DNA of 64,000 bases from Candidatus Nanohaloarchaea archaeon (lineage in GTDB: Archaea; Nanohalarchaeota; Nanosalinia; Nanosalinales; Nanosalinaceae). Made by a program: the position numbers and the translations under genes. Below are positions 37,928 through 46,880 of the stretch, in pieces. The notes beneath the pieces were generated by a model that did not search any database, was not told the DNA's origin, and worked only from the letters and a program-made list of their open reading frames with translations. Position 1 is the first letter of the stretch, and every line of letters begins with the position of its first letter. The stretch is taken from NCBI GenBank assembly GCA_042218075.1, contig JBDGRK010000009.1, forward strand, positions 1-64,000, read 5' to 3'.

Positions 37928-39136
37928 ATGGAGCATAAACACACTATAAGGATCCTCTTCCTGACGATACTCGCGGAGGTCATAGGCCTCGGCATACTGA
38001 TACCCATAGTTCCACTCCTCTTCACAGAACCCTCCTCCCAGTTCTTCATGCTGGGATCAGGTTCGATCACACTCGGCTACATCCTGCTGGGTCTTACAGT
38101 GGGTCTCTATCCCCTGGCTCAGTTTTTCTCGACGCCGATACTTGGAGAGCTGAGCGATATCTACGGAAGGAAGAGGGTTATACAGCTGTCGGTGATAGGA
38201 ACTATCGCCGCAACTCTGATATTTGCCTTTGGGATCTTGAAAGGCAGCGTGGCTGTGCTGCTCGCCTCTAGAGCTCTTAACGGCGCTACAGGAGGCCTTA
38301 TTTCGGTGGCCCAGGCGACTATAGCCGATGTATCAGAGCAGAATTCAAAATCGAAGAACTTTGGAATAATCGGTGCAGCTTTCGGGACAGGCTTCATAAT
38401 AGGACCTTTCCTCGGAGGAGTCCTGAGCTCGGATCTCTATCCCTTCCTCAATCCCGCCACACCGTTCTTCTTTGCGGCTTCGCTATCCGCTCTAAGCCTT
38501 CTATACGTCAGCCTTAAGCTGAGGGAAACCAGCCCGATGGAAAAATCGTCGATCAACTGGAAGAAACCGTTCAGCCAGGTGGTAAAAGGATTGAAACTCC
38601 CGGGACTCAAGAAACTGTTCGGCACCAGCTTCTTCTACTTCGCGGGCTTCGCCTTCTACACCACCTTTCTCCCGGTCTACCTGATCAAGAGGTTCGGGTT
38701 CTCGCAGTTCCAGGTCGGCAATACATACCTCTACCTCGGAGTATTCATACTGCTGACTCAGCTGGTGATTGTTCCGAGGCTGTTCAAAAGATGCAGGGAA
38801 ACCAGAGTTATGCCTCTCACACTTTTTCTGACAGGCTTTTTCATACTCTCGCTGATCCTTGCACCCGAAAAAGTTATTTTCTTCGGTTTGCTGGCGTTCT
38901 TCGCCGTGAATAACTCGATAAGCATGGTCTCGATCCAGACCCTGATATCGAATAAAGCTCCAGAAAAAGACCAGGGACTCGCCCTCGGCACAAATAGATC
39001 GGTCCGGGCGATGGCAACTGCCTTTCCTGCCATGCTCTCGGGCTTTGCCGCAGCTCTCTCAAATCCCGGAATACCGCTCGTGATCGCTGGAAGTATAATA
39101 ATGGCCACAGCTCTCATCTACAGTTCAATTCGATGA
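37928..39136 (+). CDS. MFS transporter, TetA/DHA1-like
   Basis: GELSDIYGRKR motif A; GFIIGPFLGG motif C; multiple TM helices; start moved to ATG 37928. Confidence 0.92.
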   Translation: MEHKHTIRILFLTILAEVIGLGILIPIVPLLFTEPSSQFFMLGSGSITLGYILLGLTVGLYPLAQFFSTPILGELSDIYGRKRVIQLSVIGTIAATLIFAFGILKGSVAVLLASRALNGATGGLISVAQATIADVSEQNSKSKNFGIIGAAFGTGFIIGPFLGGVLSSDLYPFLNPATPFFFAASLSALSLLYVSLKLRETSPMEKSSINWKKPFSQVVKGLKLPGLKKLFGTSFFYFAGFAFYTTFLPVYLIKRFGFSQFQVGNTYLYLGVFILLTQLVIVPRLFKRCRETRVMPLTLFLTGFFILSLILAPEKVIFFGLLAFFAVNNSISMVSIQTLISNKAPEKDQGLALGTNRSVRAMATAFPAMLSGFAAALSNPGIPLVIAGSIIMATALIYSSIR

Positions 39137-39552
39137 AACTGGAAGAACTGGAAGAAGGAGACAGGATACTGTTTGAGGGGAGAAAAAAACCGCTGGAGAT
39201 CAAAGAAGAGATAGAGGATGGTGTGATAGTCGAAGGTCCTTCAGGAGGAGATTACGAGATATACTCTGAGAACGATGCGATTCTTTACTGCAGGAAGGGA
39301 AACAGGCGCTACTCCTCCTACTGCGAAAATCTGAGGAAGGTCGGGGAGTGGGAGAGAAACGAAAACTCGTGGAGACATTCAGATTCAGGGAGAGAACTGA
39401 GCCTGGAAAAGAACGAGATAGAGAAGTGGATTATAGCATCCGGCGAGATCGATGTAGAGAAAGAAATGGATGTTCCAAAGTACGGTTTTTCTGATAGAGA
39501 GGTTGCGGAAAAAGAGGTAAGTAAATTTATCGAGAAGAATCCCGAGGGATAA
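39133..39552 (+). CDS. hypothetical protein
   Basis: 139-aa acidic ORF coupled to the MFS gene. Confidence 0.75.
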   Translation: MKLEELEEGDRILFEGRKKPLEIKEEIEDGVIVEGPSGGDYEIYSENDAILYCRKGNRRYSSYCENLRKVGEWERNENSWRHSDSGRELSLEKNEIEKWIIASGEIDVEKEMDVPKYGFSDREVAEKEVSKFIEKNPEG

Positions 39553-39582
39553 AAAAGAGGAGAAAGGGTTGGACCTTTCCTA

Positions 39583-39774
39583 TTACTCTGGTAAATACTC
39601 GCCCGTGAATCCCACGTAGAGCAGTACCAGCGCCAGAACGCCGAGTACCGGTGAGAGAATCATGGGCAGAGAGGTCACTGGTCCTATAGACGCAAGTTGA
39701 GCCAGCGAAACCAGCCCGGAGACTGCACCTAGAAGTAACAGTACGAGCTGGATGGCTCCTGTGTCGTCTGCCAT
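39583..39774 (-). CDS. small two-TM membrane protein
   Basis: Two hydrophobic segments. Confidence 0.65.
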   Translation of the reverse strand: MADDTGAIQLVLLLLGAVSGLVSLAQLASIGPVTSLPMILSPVLGVLALVLLYVGFTGEYLPE

Positions 39775-39852
39775 GATTGTTTATAAGATTAAAACAAACA
39801 TAAAGCTAACGGCAAGCTAAGTAATTTCAATCTTAGAGAATACTGTCAAAAC

Positions 39853-40296
39853 ATGAAAATGTACAGTCCAGAATTCGATGACGGCGATCATATGCCTGAA
39901 AAGGTCGGATACACGAGAAAGAATCTAAACCCAGAGCTCTTTATAGAGAATGTTCCAGGAGAGGCGGAATCCCTAGTTCTTGTAATGGATGATCCCGATG
40001 CGGTAGAGCCCGCGGGAAAAGTCTGGGATCACTGGACCGTCTGGAATATTGATCCAGAAAAGCAGAGGATCCAGCGAGGAGAATCGCCCGGATTTGAGGG
40101 GAAGAATGATTTCGGCGAGAGAGGATACGGTGGTCCGAACCCGCCCGATGCAACACATATCTACAGTTTCAGGCTTTACGCGGTCGATACACAACTTGAG
40201 CTAGGGGGAGACTCAACCAAGCAGCAAGTGCTCCAGGAGATAGAGGGAAATGTGATAGATAAGGCTGAACTGGAGGGAAAGTACGATCCGGTGTAG
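39853..40296 (+). CDS. YbhB/YbcL PEBP family protein
   Basis: DDPDA, WDHW, YGGPNPP and H.Y.F.LYA motifs. Confidence 0.92.
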   Translation: MKMYSPEFDDGDHMPEKVGYTRKNLNPELFIENVPGEAESLVLVMDDPDAVEPAGKVWDHWTVWNIDPEKQRIQRGESPGFEGKNDFGERGYGGPNPPDATHIYSFRLYAVDTQLELGGDSTKQQVLQEIEGNVIDKAELEGKYDPV

Positions 40297-40641
40297 CTAC
40301 CTGCTAAAAAACCTCTGCATAAACTCCTCATAATTACTATTTAGATATTCCCTGGCTTGTTCGAAATCGAGATAATTTAAATTTTCCTCAGGACTGCCTT
40401 TTTCAAAGAATCTGTGTATGTGAACCGGTTTATCTTTGTGATAATTATCTATTCTTGCTATTTCGAACGTCTTTACAGAGTTATCTTCAATATCGTAATC
40501 TCTTGATTCCAACATTACCGCCCATTTTTCGGGATCATCCAGATCTGGTATTCCCTTAATTCTTATTATTGCAGTTCTCTCGATACTATCTACGAAACCG
40601 GCGATAAATCTGTGCTCTCTCCCTTTTCTGTTTCTAGACAT
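40297..40641 (-). CDS. DUF7718/DUF6516 (TumE)-like protein
   Basis: EIARIDNYH...HIH motif. Confidence 0.55.
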   Translation of the reverse strand: MSRNRKGREHRFIAGFVDSIERTAIIRIKGIPDLDDPEKWAVMLESRDYDIEDNSVKTFEIARIDNYHKDKPVHIHRFFEKGSPEENLNYLDFEQAREYLNSNYEEFMQRFFSR

Positions 40642-40693
40642 AAGCTTGGTCTCGTTCACCAACAATAAAAAGATTTGGAACTAATCCTATTCT

Positions 40694-41131
40694 ATGGAAA
40701 ACAAGAAAAATAAATACTCAATAAATAGAGAAAAAGAAAAATTGACTATCAAGGATCTTGAAGCCAAGCTAAAAAAACTTGAACAGGCTATGTCTCAGAA
40801 ATCAGAAAAATTAGATATAGGATCCGGGGTTCAGGACAAAAATTTTGAATCAGTTGAAAATGATATTATAAGTGTAGATTTTGATACAGCCGCGAAATTA
40901 TTTAGCGGAAAGAGAATAGAGCTTCTTGATAAACTATCTGAGAAAAAATTTAATTCGATTAGCCAGCTTGCAAGAGAGCTTGATAGAGACAAGAAAAACG
41001 TCTCGGAAGATATTAAATTACTATTTGAACACGGCATAGTCGATCTAGAGGAAAAAGGGCGTTCTAAAAGGCCTATATTTAATTTCTCAAGAATTGAGAT
41101 TAATCCACTTGAGTTTGAAGAAAACAGCTAA
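40694..41131 (+). CDS. HVO_A0114-like HTH DNA-binding protein
   Basis: KRIELL...SISQLARELDRDKKNV..D...L...G...GRSKRP. Confidence 0.8.
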   Translation: MENKKNKYSINREKEKLTIKDLEAKLKKLEQAMSQKSEKLDIGSGVQDKNFESVENDIISVDFDTAAKLFSGKRIELLDKLSEKKFNSISQLARELDRDKKNVSEDIKLLFEHGIVDLEEKGRSKRPIFNFSRIEINPLEFEENS

Positions 41132-41220
41132 ATTATTAGAGAACGATAATGGCAGGTAATAGATAGTCAAGATTATCAAGCTATACTATTTTAAAAAGTA
41201 TTACGTTATATTACGACAGG

Positions 41221-41517
41221 ATGTCTCTCAGAAAGGTAAGCCCCAGAGAATACATAAGAGAAGAGTACGGTTTCGATCCTCGTGAAGTCAGTCAGGGATT
41301 AATTACGCGGGTTCTAGGGCCCGATTTCTATGAAAGCTACGATAGTTTGACAGAATATGTTAGGGAAGAGGCAGATCACGAGGCAGAAATGGAACATATC
41401 GCAATGAAACAATCTCTAGAGAAGTGTGGACAGACAAATCAAAAACTAACTGGAATAGATGAAATCTTGGAAACCGAAACTTGGATGAAGCCAGGAGAAG
41501 AGATTGAAAGCGATTAG
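41221..41517 (+). CDS. hypothetical protein
   Basis: 98-aa acidic ORF with a TATA-like element upstream. Confidence 0.65.
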   Translation: MSLRKVSPREYIREEYGFDPREVSQGLITRVLGPDFYESYDSLTEYVREEADHEAEMEHIAMKQSLEKCGQTNQKLTGIDEILETETWMKPGEEIESD

Positions 41518-41533
41518 TCAACCGGAGGATGTT

Positions 41534-42070
41534 TCACGGAAACTCCGATACTGGCTGGCTCAATAAGTCACCATCTTCCTTGCCATCCCCTATGATGACA
41601 TCGTAACCTCCATCGATCAACTGCCTTTCAATCCTTGCAGTCATTCTATCCATCTCAAACACTCCACTAAAGTCTCCTCTATCAAATAAATCTCTCGCGT
41701 AACCACTTGTCATCTCCTCAGGCTCGGTCTGGACCAATTCTTCAATTCCATCCATGTCCTCTTCTATCACACTTCTAGGTCCTATAGCTTCATTTACATT
41801 GAAAGAATCTGTTAAAACATGATACTTTACAATACAACTTGCATCGGGGTGCTGGACTCCATCAGGATAGACATCAAAGGCAACAGTCAATTGATTCAAA
41901 TTTGTCTCCTCAATAATAGCTTCTTCAGGATTATCACCTTCAGAGAAATCCCTATCTGTAGGCGGGGAAAATGCTAAATAACCTTCAACCCTATTTCCAT
42001 TATTCTCAAGATATTCAGCAGCCTCCGAAACCTTGTCTCCAATATCTCCAGTATATTCGTCTAGAGTCAA
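41534..42070 (-). CDS. hypothetical protein
   Basis: 178-aa acidic ORF with a TTG start. Confidence 0.65.
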   Translation of the reverse strand: MTLDEYTGDIGDKVSEAAEYLENNGNRVEGYLAFSPPTDRDFSEGDNPEEAIIEETNLNQLTVAFDVYPDGVQHPDASCIVKYHVLTDSFNVNEAIGPRSVIEEDMDGIEELVQTEPEEMTSGYARDLFDRGDFSGVFEMDRMTARIERQLIDGGYDVIIGDGKEDGDLLSQPVSEFP

Positions 42071-42133
42071 AAAGTGTTGTTACTCCCAAATTTTAAATAT
42101 TCCGGGATGGATTTGGAATCCTCCTTCGAGCTG

Positions 42134-42988
42134 CTAATTAACGCCCTCAACTTCCAGCCAGGGCACTTCTACCAGCGGAGGAATATGTTTCTCAATATGG
42201 TGCCCCCACACTCCCTGCTCACCAAAAGCATCTCCGTGATCAGATGTTATGATAACATCTCCTTCAAGATCTTCAACTAACTTTTTTGCCTCTTCCATTA
42301 CCTTCCTCTGATTTTCCCGGTGGAATTCCATCAGTTTCTCCGTGCTCTCCCCTGATACTACTTGGAGTAGAGATCTCTTGTCAAGACTCGAGTAGAGACC
42401 CAGCTTCATGAATAACTCCATATCCTCCATCCTGCTGATTATGTCGGGCATAACTTCTGCTATTTGGTCGCTTATCACTCCATTGGTTCCACCATTTGTT
42501 TTCAGCTTCGAGAAACTCTTCTTCAGATGAGCGTTCAGTCTTCCCTTTCCCCTCCCCAGGAAAGGTACATGAGGCTGCATGTAGTGTATGACCGTTCTAG
42601 CTCCATCCAGATCATCCCTTCTCTTCCTGAACTGCCTGTTAACGTCCTCAGGCCTCACAGTACCTATCTCGTCGTCCCAGGCTACGTCCCATAGATCGAT
42701 TATGTTGGTTATGTGATCCGCAGGAACAACATCGTAATTCACATCTCCAACCTGTCTCAGCGACATTCCAATACTGTTGATAAAAGGGTTGGTGGAGAAG
42801 TAATTCATCCTGTGCCTGCCTTCAAAAACTTTCGCAGCCCATTCTGGCGTTGCTGATGCCCTGCTCTTTCTCTTCTCTAGCTCTCCTTCGAAATAATCAT
42901 CGTAGAGCTGGCTGAAAACATCGTAACGTGCAGCGTCAAAAATTATTGCGTAGTCCCAGTCTTCTTCAAGGAAGTTCTGGCCCTTCAT
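42134..42988 (-). CDS. alkaline phosphatase/sulfatase superfamily protein
   Basis: FDAARYD, HYMQPHVPF, TSDHG..FGE and VPW motifs. Confidence 0.8.
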   Translation of the reverse strand: MKGQNFLEEDWDYAIIFDAARYDVFSQLYDDYFEGELEKRKSRASATPEWAAKVFEGRHRMNYFSTNPFINSIGMSLRQVGDVNYDVVPADHITNIIDLWDVAWDDEIGTVRPEDVNRQFRKRRDDLDGARTVIHYMQPHVPFLGRGKGRLNAHLKKSFSKLKTNGGTNGVISDQIAEVMPDIISRMEDMELFMKLGLYSSLDKRSLLQVVSGESTEKLMEFHRENQRKVMEEAKKLVEDLEGDVIITSDHGDAFGEQGVWGHHIEKHIPPLVEVPWLEVEGVN

Positions 42989-43079
42989 TACACTGAATCA
43001 GTAATACTTCACTTTAATATTTTGCGAGATCGAACCGGAATCAGAAACCAATTTATAGCCTTCCCTTGAACACCTATGC

Positions 43080-43442
43080 ATGAACCTTGAGAAGCTTATA
43101 CCGGAGGATTACGGACAGCTTGAAAATTCCGACCTGGCATTGAGCGAGGGCAGGATAGCCAGGATACTGAGGGAAAGGATGGATGAAGACCAGACCCTAG
43201 ATGGAGACGTTCCCCACGTGATCAACTGCGTGCTTTCAGAACTTCTTGACGAGATAGTGGACGAAACTGTAGACGAGGCAGAGATGCTTGCCAAGGTAAA
43301 GGAATCGCACCTTAGAGTAGCACTCAGGAACGTTGAGGTGAAAGAGAGTCAGAGGGCCAGAACAGAGGCTTTTATTGAACAACTGAGATCTATTTCGGAG
43401 GAAATGGAGAAAACAGCAAAGAGGCTTGAAGGAAGGTCATAG
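43080..43442 (+). CDS. histone-fold protein with C-terminal coiled coil
   Basis: LSEGRIARILRE (alpha1), a long alpha2, VKESHL..AL (alpha3), then a heptad helix. Confidence 0.6.
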   Translation: MNLEKLIPEDYGQLENSDLALSEGRIARILRERMDEDQTLDGDVPHVINCVLSELLDEIVDETVDEAEMLAKVKESHLRVALRNVEVKESQRARTEAFIEQLRSISEEMEKTAKRLEGRS

Positions 43443-43492
43443 TACGGAAGAATTTAAAAAGTGGTTCTAAAAACTGTTCACGGTGTTTAACT

Positions 43493-43723
43493 ATGAATGA
43501 AGTAAACTCTCTTGACTGGATTTCCCTTGTCCTAGTGATTTTAGGCGCAGTAAACTGGGGTCTCGAAGGCCTTGGACAGTTCGCTGGAAGCAACCTCAAC
43601 GTGGTAAACCTCCTCCTCGGAGGAGTAGCCGGCGGACAGCTTGAATCACTGGTCTACGTGCTTGTAGGTCTTGCGGGACTCTACCAGGTCTACTTCGGCT
43701 ACGAGCTCCACGACCAGCAGTGA
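43493..43723 (+). CDS. DUF378 membrane protein
   Basis: LVILGAVNWGL and VYVLVGLAGLY motifs. Confidence 0.9.
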   Translation: MNEVNSLDWISLVLVILGAVNWGLEGLGQFAGSNLNVVNLLLGGVAGGQLESLVYVLVGLAGLYQVYFGYELHDQQ

Positions 43724-43727
43724 TGAA

Positions 43728-43949
43728 TCAACCCTCTCTTTCTTCTTTCCCGGCTTCTTCTACTTCCAGTTTATCCTCCATTCCCTCGAACGCCTCGTCC
43801 ATCTCCGCTGTCATATCCATCATCTGCTCCATGTTCTGCTGGAAATCTCCCAGCTGGCGGTTAATCCTCCACCTCACGATGAAGAAAGCTGCTACGATGC
43901 CAAACACAGAGCCGGCGACGAAACCTATAGACAAGAAGGTTAGTGACAT
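43728..43949 (-). CDS. small membrane-anchored protein
   Basis: N-terminal TM followed by an acidic helix. Confidence 0.65.
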   Translation of the reverse strand: MSLTFLSIGFVAGSVFGIVAAFFIVRWRINRQLGDFQQNMEQMMDMTAEMDEAFEGMEDKLEVEEAGKEEREG

Positions 43950-43991
43950 AGAATTAAACGTTTTGCACAGCTTTATACTATTTAGTACACA

Positions 43992-44180
43992 ATGGAGAAT
44001 ACCGAAAATCTGTCCAGAAAATATCTGGCAAGTGCCATAACAATAAATCTCGTGGCCGCCATTCTGGGGTTATTTGTGCTCTACATACTAGGCCCTATTC
44101 CAGGTGCTGCAACATTCCTGGTTTTGATAATCCTTCTACCTCTTTTATTCCACTATTTATACCTAAAAAGAAGGTCTTAA
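43992..44180 (+). CDS. small two-TM protein
   Basis: Two hydrophobic helices and a basic C-terminus. Confidence 0.6.
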   Translation: MENTENLSRKYLASAITINLVAAILGLFVLYILGPIPGAATFLVLIILLPLLFHYLYLKRRS

Positions 44181-44291
44181 GCCTAGTTTCTTCTTCTCAA
44201 CCCTTTCAATTTCAGTAACTCTCACCGTTTTAAAATAGCATGAACGGCTGAACCTTTGAAAAATTAAAAGGTAAAAAAATTAAGTAGTGAA

Positions 44292-45683
44292 ATGTCATCA
44301 AATAATATGTCATACCTGCGCAGAGGTATATTGCTACTATTTGCCACTTTTTTCTTCTCTACAGTAGTATTTGCCAGTCATCCTCCTGGTTCATGTGGCT
44401 ACGGCAATCATGACTGTAGCGGTGAAGATACAGAGCCAGATTTTGTCACCTCGAACCCTGCAGGAGAACTGCTGTTGACAGGTTTCAACAATAAAACCTC
44501 AAGATTCAAGGGAGGATTCGACCATGAAGGTATAAGGGCCACAGGGCAGTGGGATAGCGACTCGAATTTAGAGTTTTTCGCTTCCAAGAGATTAAGTAAA
44601 AAAGAGGTACCGAGGCTGATTTACTTCGATTTGAAAGAATGGAAGAAAGGAAATTATCACAATCTGGGGATCAAAGCCAAACCTGGAGACATCGGGAGTG
44701 TTGCAGATATAGATCAGGACCATAAGCTGGAATTAACATACTTGAGACCGACACCCGGTGACAAGGCAGAGGGCAACTGGTCCTACCTCAACGTGGATGG
44801 AGGCAAATTTGTTTCATCGATACCTGGGAAGCAGTTTGATACCATACTGCCAACTGTAGACTGGGATAATGATGGCAAACTGGAGTCCGGAGCAGTAGAA
44901 ATTGACAGCCAGAAGATATATATCCTGAATCAAGAGGGCTCCATCGATAAATCGATAGGAAGAACAGTAAGCGTGGACCAGGATATAGGAGGTGCTGGAG
45001 ATATTGATGAAGATGGATTTCCTGAACTTCTTGTAGACTTTAAGGGCGGTACTGGAACTATAGATTACAGGGGCAGGAAAAATCTACTGTTTGAAAAAGC
45101 TACTATTGCAAAGGTAGGAACTGTAGCAGACTTTGATGTAGACGGAGAAGAAGAACTGAGCATGAGCCCCACTACATCCTGTGGAAGACAGAATATATGC
45201 GGTCAAGACAAGCTTTGGATCACAGATAAAGAAGGCAAGATAGTAAAAGTCCTGAGCTCATCGAGAGAAGGCGAGATAATAACGAGCCAGGCCTTCGCTA
45301 ACGTCTATAGACAGGAACCGAATATCAGTTCTGCAAGGGTAAAACCTGAAAAACTTGAACCCGGTGAACGTATAGACTATTCAATATCCACAGAAGATCT
45401 ATACGGTATAAAAAAAGCTTACCTCACGATTTTAGACGACGGAGAAAGAGTCAAAGATATAAGAAAGGAAGATGTTTCCGGGAAAAAGATTGAATTCAGG
45501 AATACCTATAACGCGACTGGAGGAGAAATTTCAGCCAGAATAACAGTAAAAAACAAGGACTACAGAAACATTTCAGTTCGCCTGAACAGTAGTGTTGAAA
45601 AACAATCCGGTTCATTAATAACAGGAAAAGCAATATCAGAACCAGGTTGGATTCTCAAATTAATCAAATTCCTTGCCAATTAG
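44292..45683 (+). CDS. secreted FG-GAP/VCBS-like repeat protein with C-terminal Ig-like domain
   Basis: Signal peptide; repeated DxDxDGxxE loops (DWDNDGKLE, DIDEDGFPE, DFDVDGEEE). Confidence 0.75.
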   Translation: MSSNNMSYLRRGILLLFATFFFSTVVFASHPPGSCGYGNHDCSGEDTEPDFVTSNPAGELLLTGFNNKTSRFKGGFDHEGIRATGQWDSDSNLEFFASKRLSKKEVPRLIYFDLKEWKKGNYHNLGIKAKPGDIGSVADIDQDHKLELTYLRPTPGDKAEGNWSYLNVDGGKFVSSIPGKQFDTILPTVDWDNDGKLESGAVEIDSQKIYILNQEGSIDKSIGRTVSVDQDIGGAGDIDEDGFPELLVDFKGGTGTIDYRGRKNLLFEKATIAKVGTVADFDVDGEEELSMSPTTSCGRQNICGQDKLWITDKEGKIVKVLSSSREGEIITSQAFANVYRQEPNISSARVKPEKLEPGERIDYSISTEDLYGIKKAYLTILDDGERVKDIRKEDVSGKKIEFRNTYNATGGEISARITVKNKDYRNISVRLNSSVEKQSGSLITGKAISEPGWILKLIKFLAN

Positions 45684-45779
45684 ACCCGAGAATCAATAAT
45701 TCAAACCTTGCGTGCCACTCCAAAATCGCAGAAGTGATTTTGTGCGTTGGCAGAAACTCTTGGATAGAGTTTCGCGAAG

Positions 45780-45913
45780 AGCGTAACGAGTTGGACCGGC
45801 TGGGATTTGAGACCCCGAACTTCAGAAAGTTCGATCATAAGAATGCATGGGTCCGGGAGACCCATGCCTTGCGTACCAACTCAGCGTAACGAGTTGGACC
45901 GGCTGGGATTTGA
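45780..45913. repeat. 31-bp direct repeat of the tRNA-Ala 3' end plus trailer
   Basis: AGCGTAACGAGTTGGACCGGCTGGGATTTGA at 45780-45810 and 45883-45913. Confidence 0.9.
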
Positions 45914-46024
45914 ACCCAGGGCCTCTTCCAAGTTGGCGTCGAAGATCGGAGATCTTCTCGAACTCCCTTCACGGAGGAAGGAAGTGATGCCAAGGAAGCG
46001 TTCTGCCAGCTGAACTACCGGCCC
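45895..46024 (-). tRNA. tRNA-Ala(GGC) with 57-nt intron (45931-45987) at position 37/38
   Basis: GGGCCGG/CCGGTCC-A with G3:U70; BHB helix TTGG/CCAA with 3-nt bulges; mature length 73 nt. Confidence 0.92.
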
Positions 46025-46115
46025 GCAACTGCTGATGCAGTTGGCAGATCTAGACGGTCGCAGGGCGACCGTCTTCGGTATAGTTTTTCATCTGTCGGAA
46101 AAGCCTATATAAGCT

Positions 46116-46850
46116 TCAATCGCTGTACTCCTGCTTCAGGGTTTCCACTTCTCTGTCCGCGAGCCTTGTCGGTTCGGGAAGTTTGTAGTCTCCATCAAAC
46201 CTTTCCACTAGATCGACCGCAGTTTCCTCACTCACTTTATGGCCTGAAGAAACGTATAGAGGATTGATCTTGCTGTTCGGGGAATCATACTGCCTGGACT
46301 GGTAGGCGTAACCTATAATTTTACCATTCGGTATATTCTCTACTGAACCATCCGATACCACTTTTCTGCTCGATTCCTCGCTCATCTTTTCCGGTAAATT
46401 TACCTTCCCGCACAGAAGATTCTTCGCGATTCCTATGCTGGCTTTATCAAATAATACTCCGATATGAACCGCGATACCTGCCTGTCGAAAGTGAATCCTG
46501 CCGGAACCGTCCAGCATCAGTAGATCAGGCTCAGCGGAAAGATTATCCAGAGCATCGATTATTGCCTCGCCTTCCCTGAACGCAAGGAGTCCCGGAATGT
46601 AGGGAATTTTAAGATCTGCCTCACCGGAAGCTTTCTCCACTACTTCTCCATCCTGCATCACAACCGCAGAACTCACAGCTTTTCCATTCGTGAAAGCCTG
46701 GTCGATACCACAGACCTTCAAATCTTCATCCAGAGAAAAAATTAAATCATCCTCAAACACGGCCTCTTCAGCTATATCAAGCTGTAGCTGTTTCATCTGG
46801 TTATTTTCCATTTCCGGATAAGGCACATATCTCTGTTTAAATACTTCCAT
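46116..46850 (-). CDS. nfi: endonuclease V
   Basis: GIDQAF, PYIPGLLAFRE, DGSGRIH, GIAK and PEPTRLAD motifs. Confidence 0.93.
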   Translation of the reverse strand: MEVFKQRYVPYPEMENNQMKQLQLDIAEEAVFEDDLIFSLDEDLKVCGIDQAFTNGKAVSSAVVMQDGEVVEKASGEADLKIPYIPGLLAFREGEAIIDALDNLSAEPDLLMLDGSGRIHFRQAGIAVHIGVLFDKASIGIAKNLLCGKVNLPEKMSEESSRKVVSDGSVENIPNGKIIGYAYQSRQYDSPNSKINPLYVSSGHKVSEETAVDLVERFDGDYKLPEPTRLADREVETLKQEYSD

Positions 46851-46880
46851 ACCATGTCATTAAGGGTTAAAAATCCTGTA

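Noticed and set aside
45706-45913. CRISPR mini-array
   Set aside because: Only two copies exist, the repeat is tRNA sequence, the 72-bp spacer is too long, and no cas genes are present.
45647-46013. ORFs 45647-45889 and 45807-46013 sharing RNELDRLGFE
   Set aside because: These are antisense translations of the tRNA-Ala gene and its duplicated 3' end.
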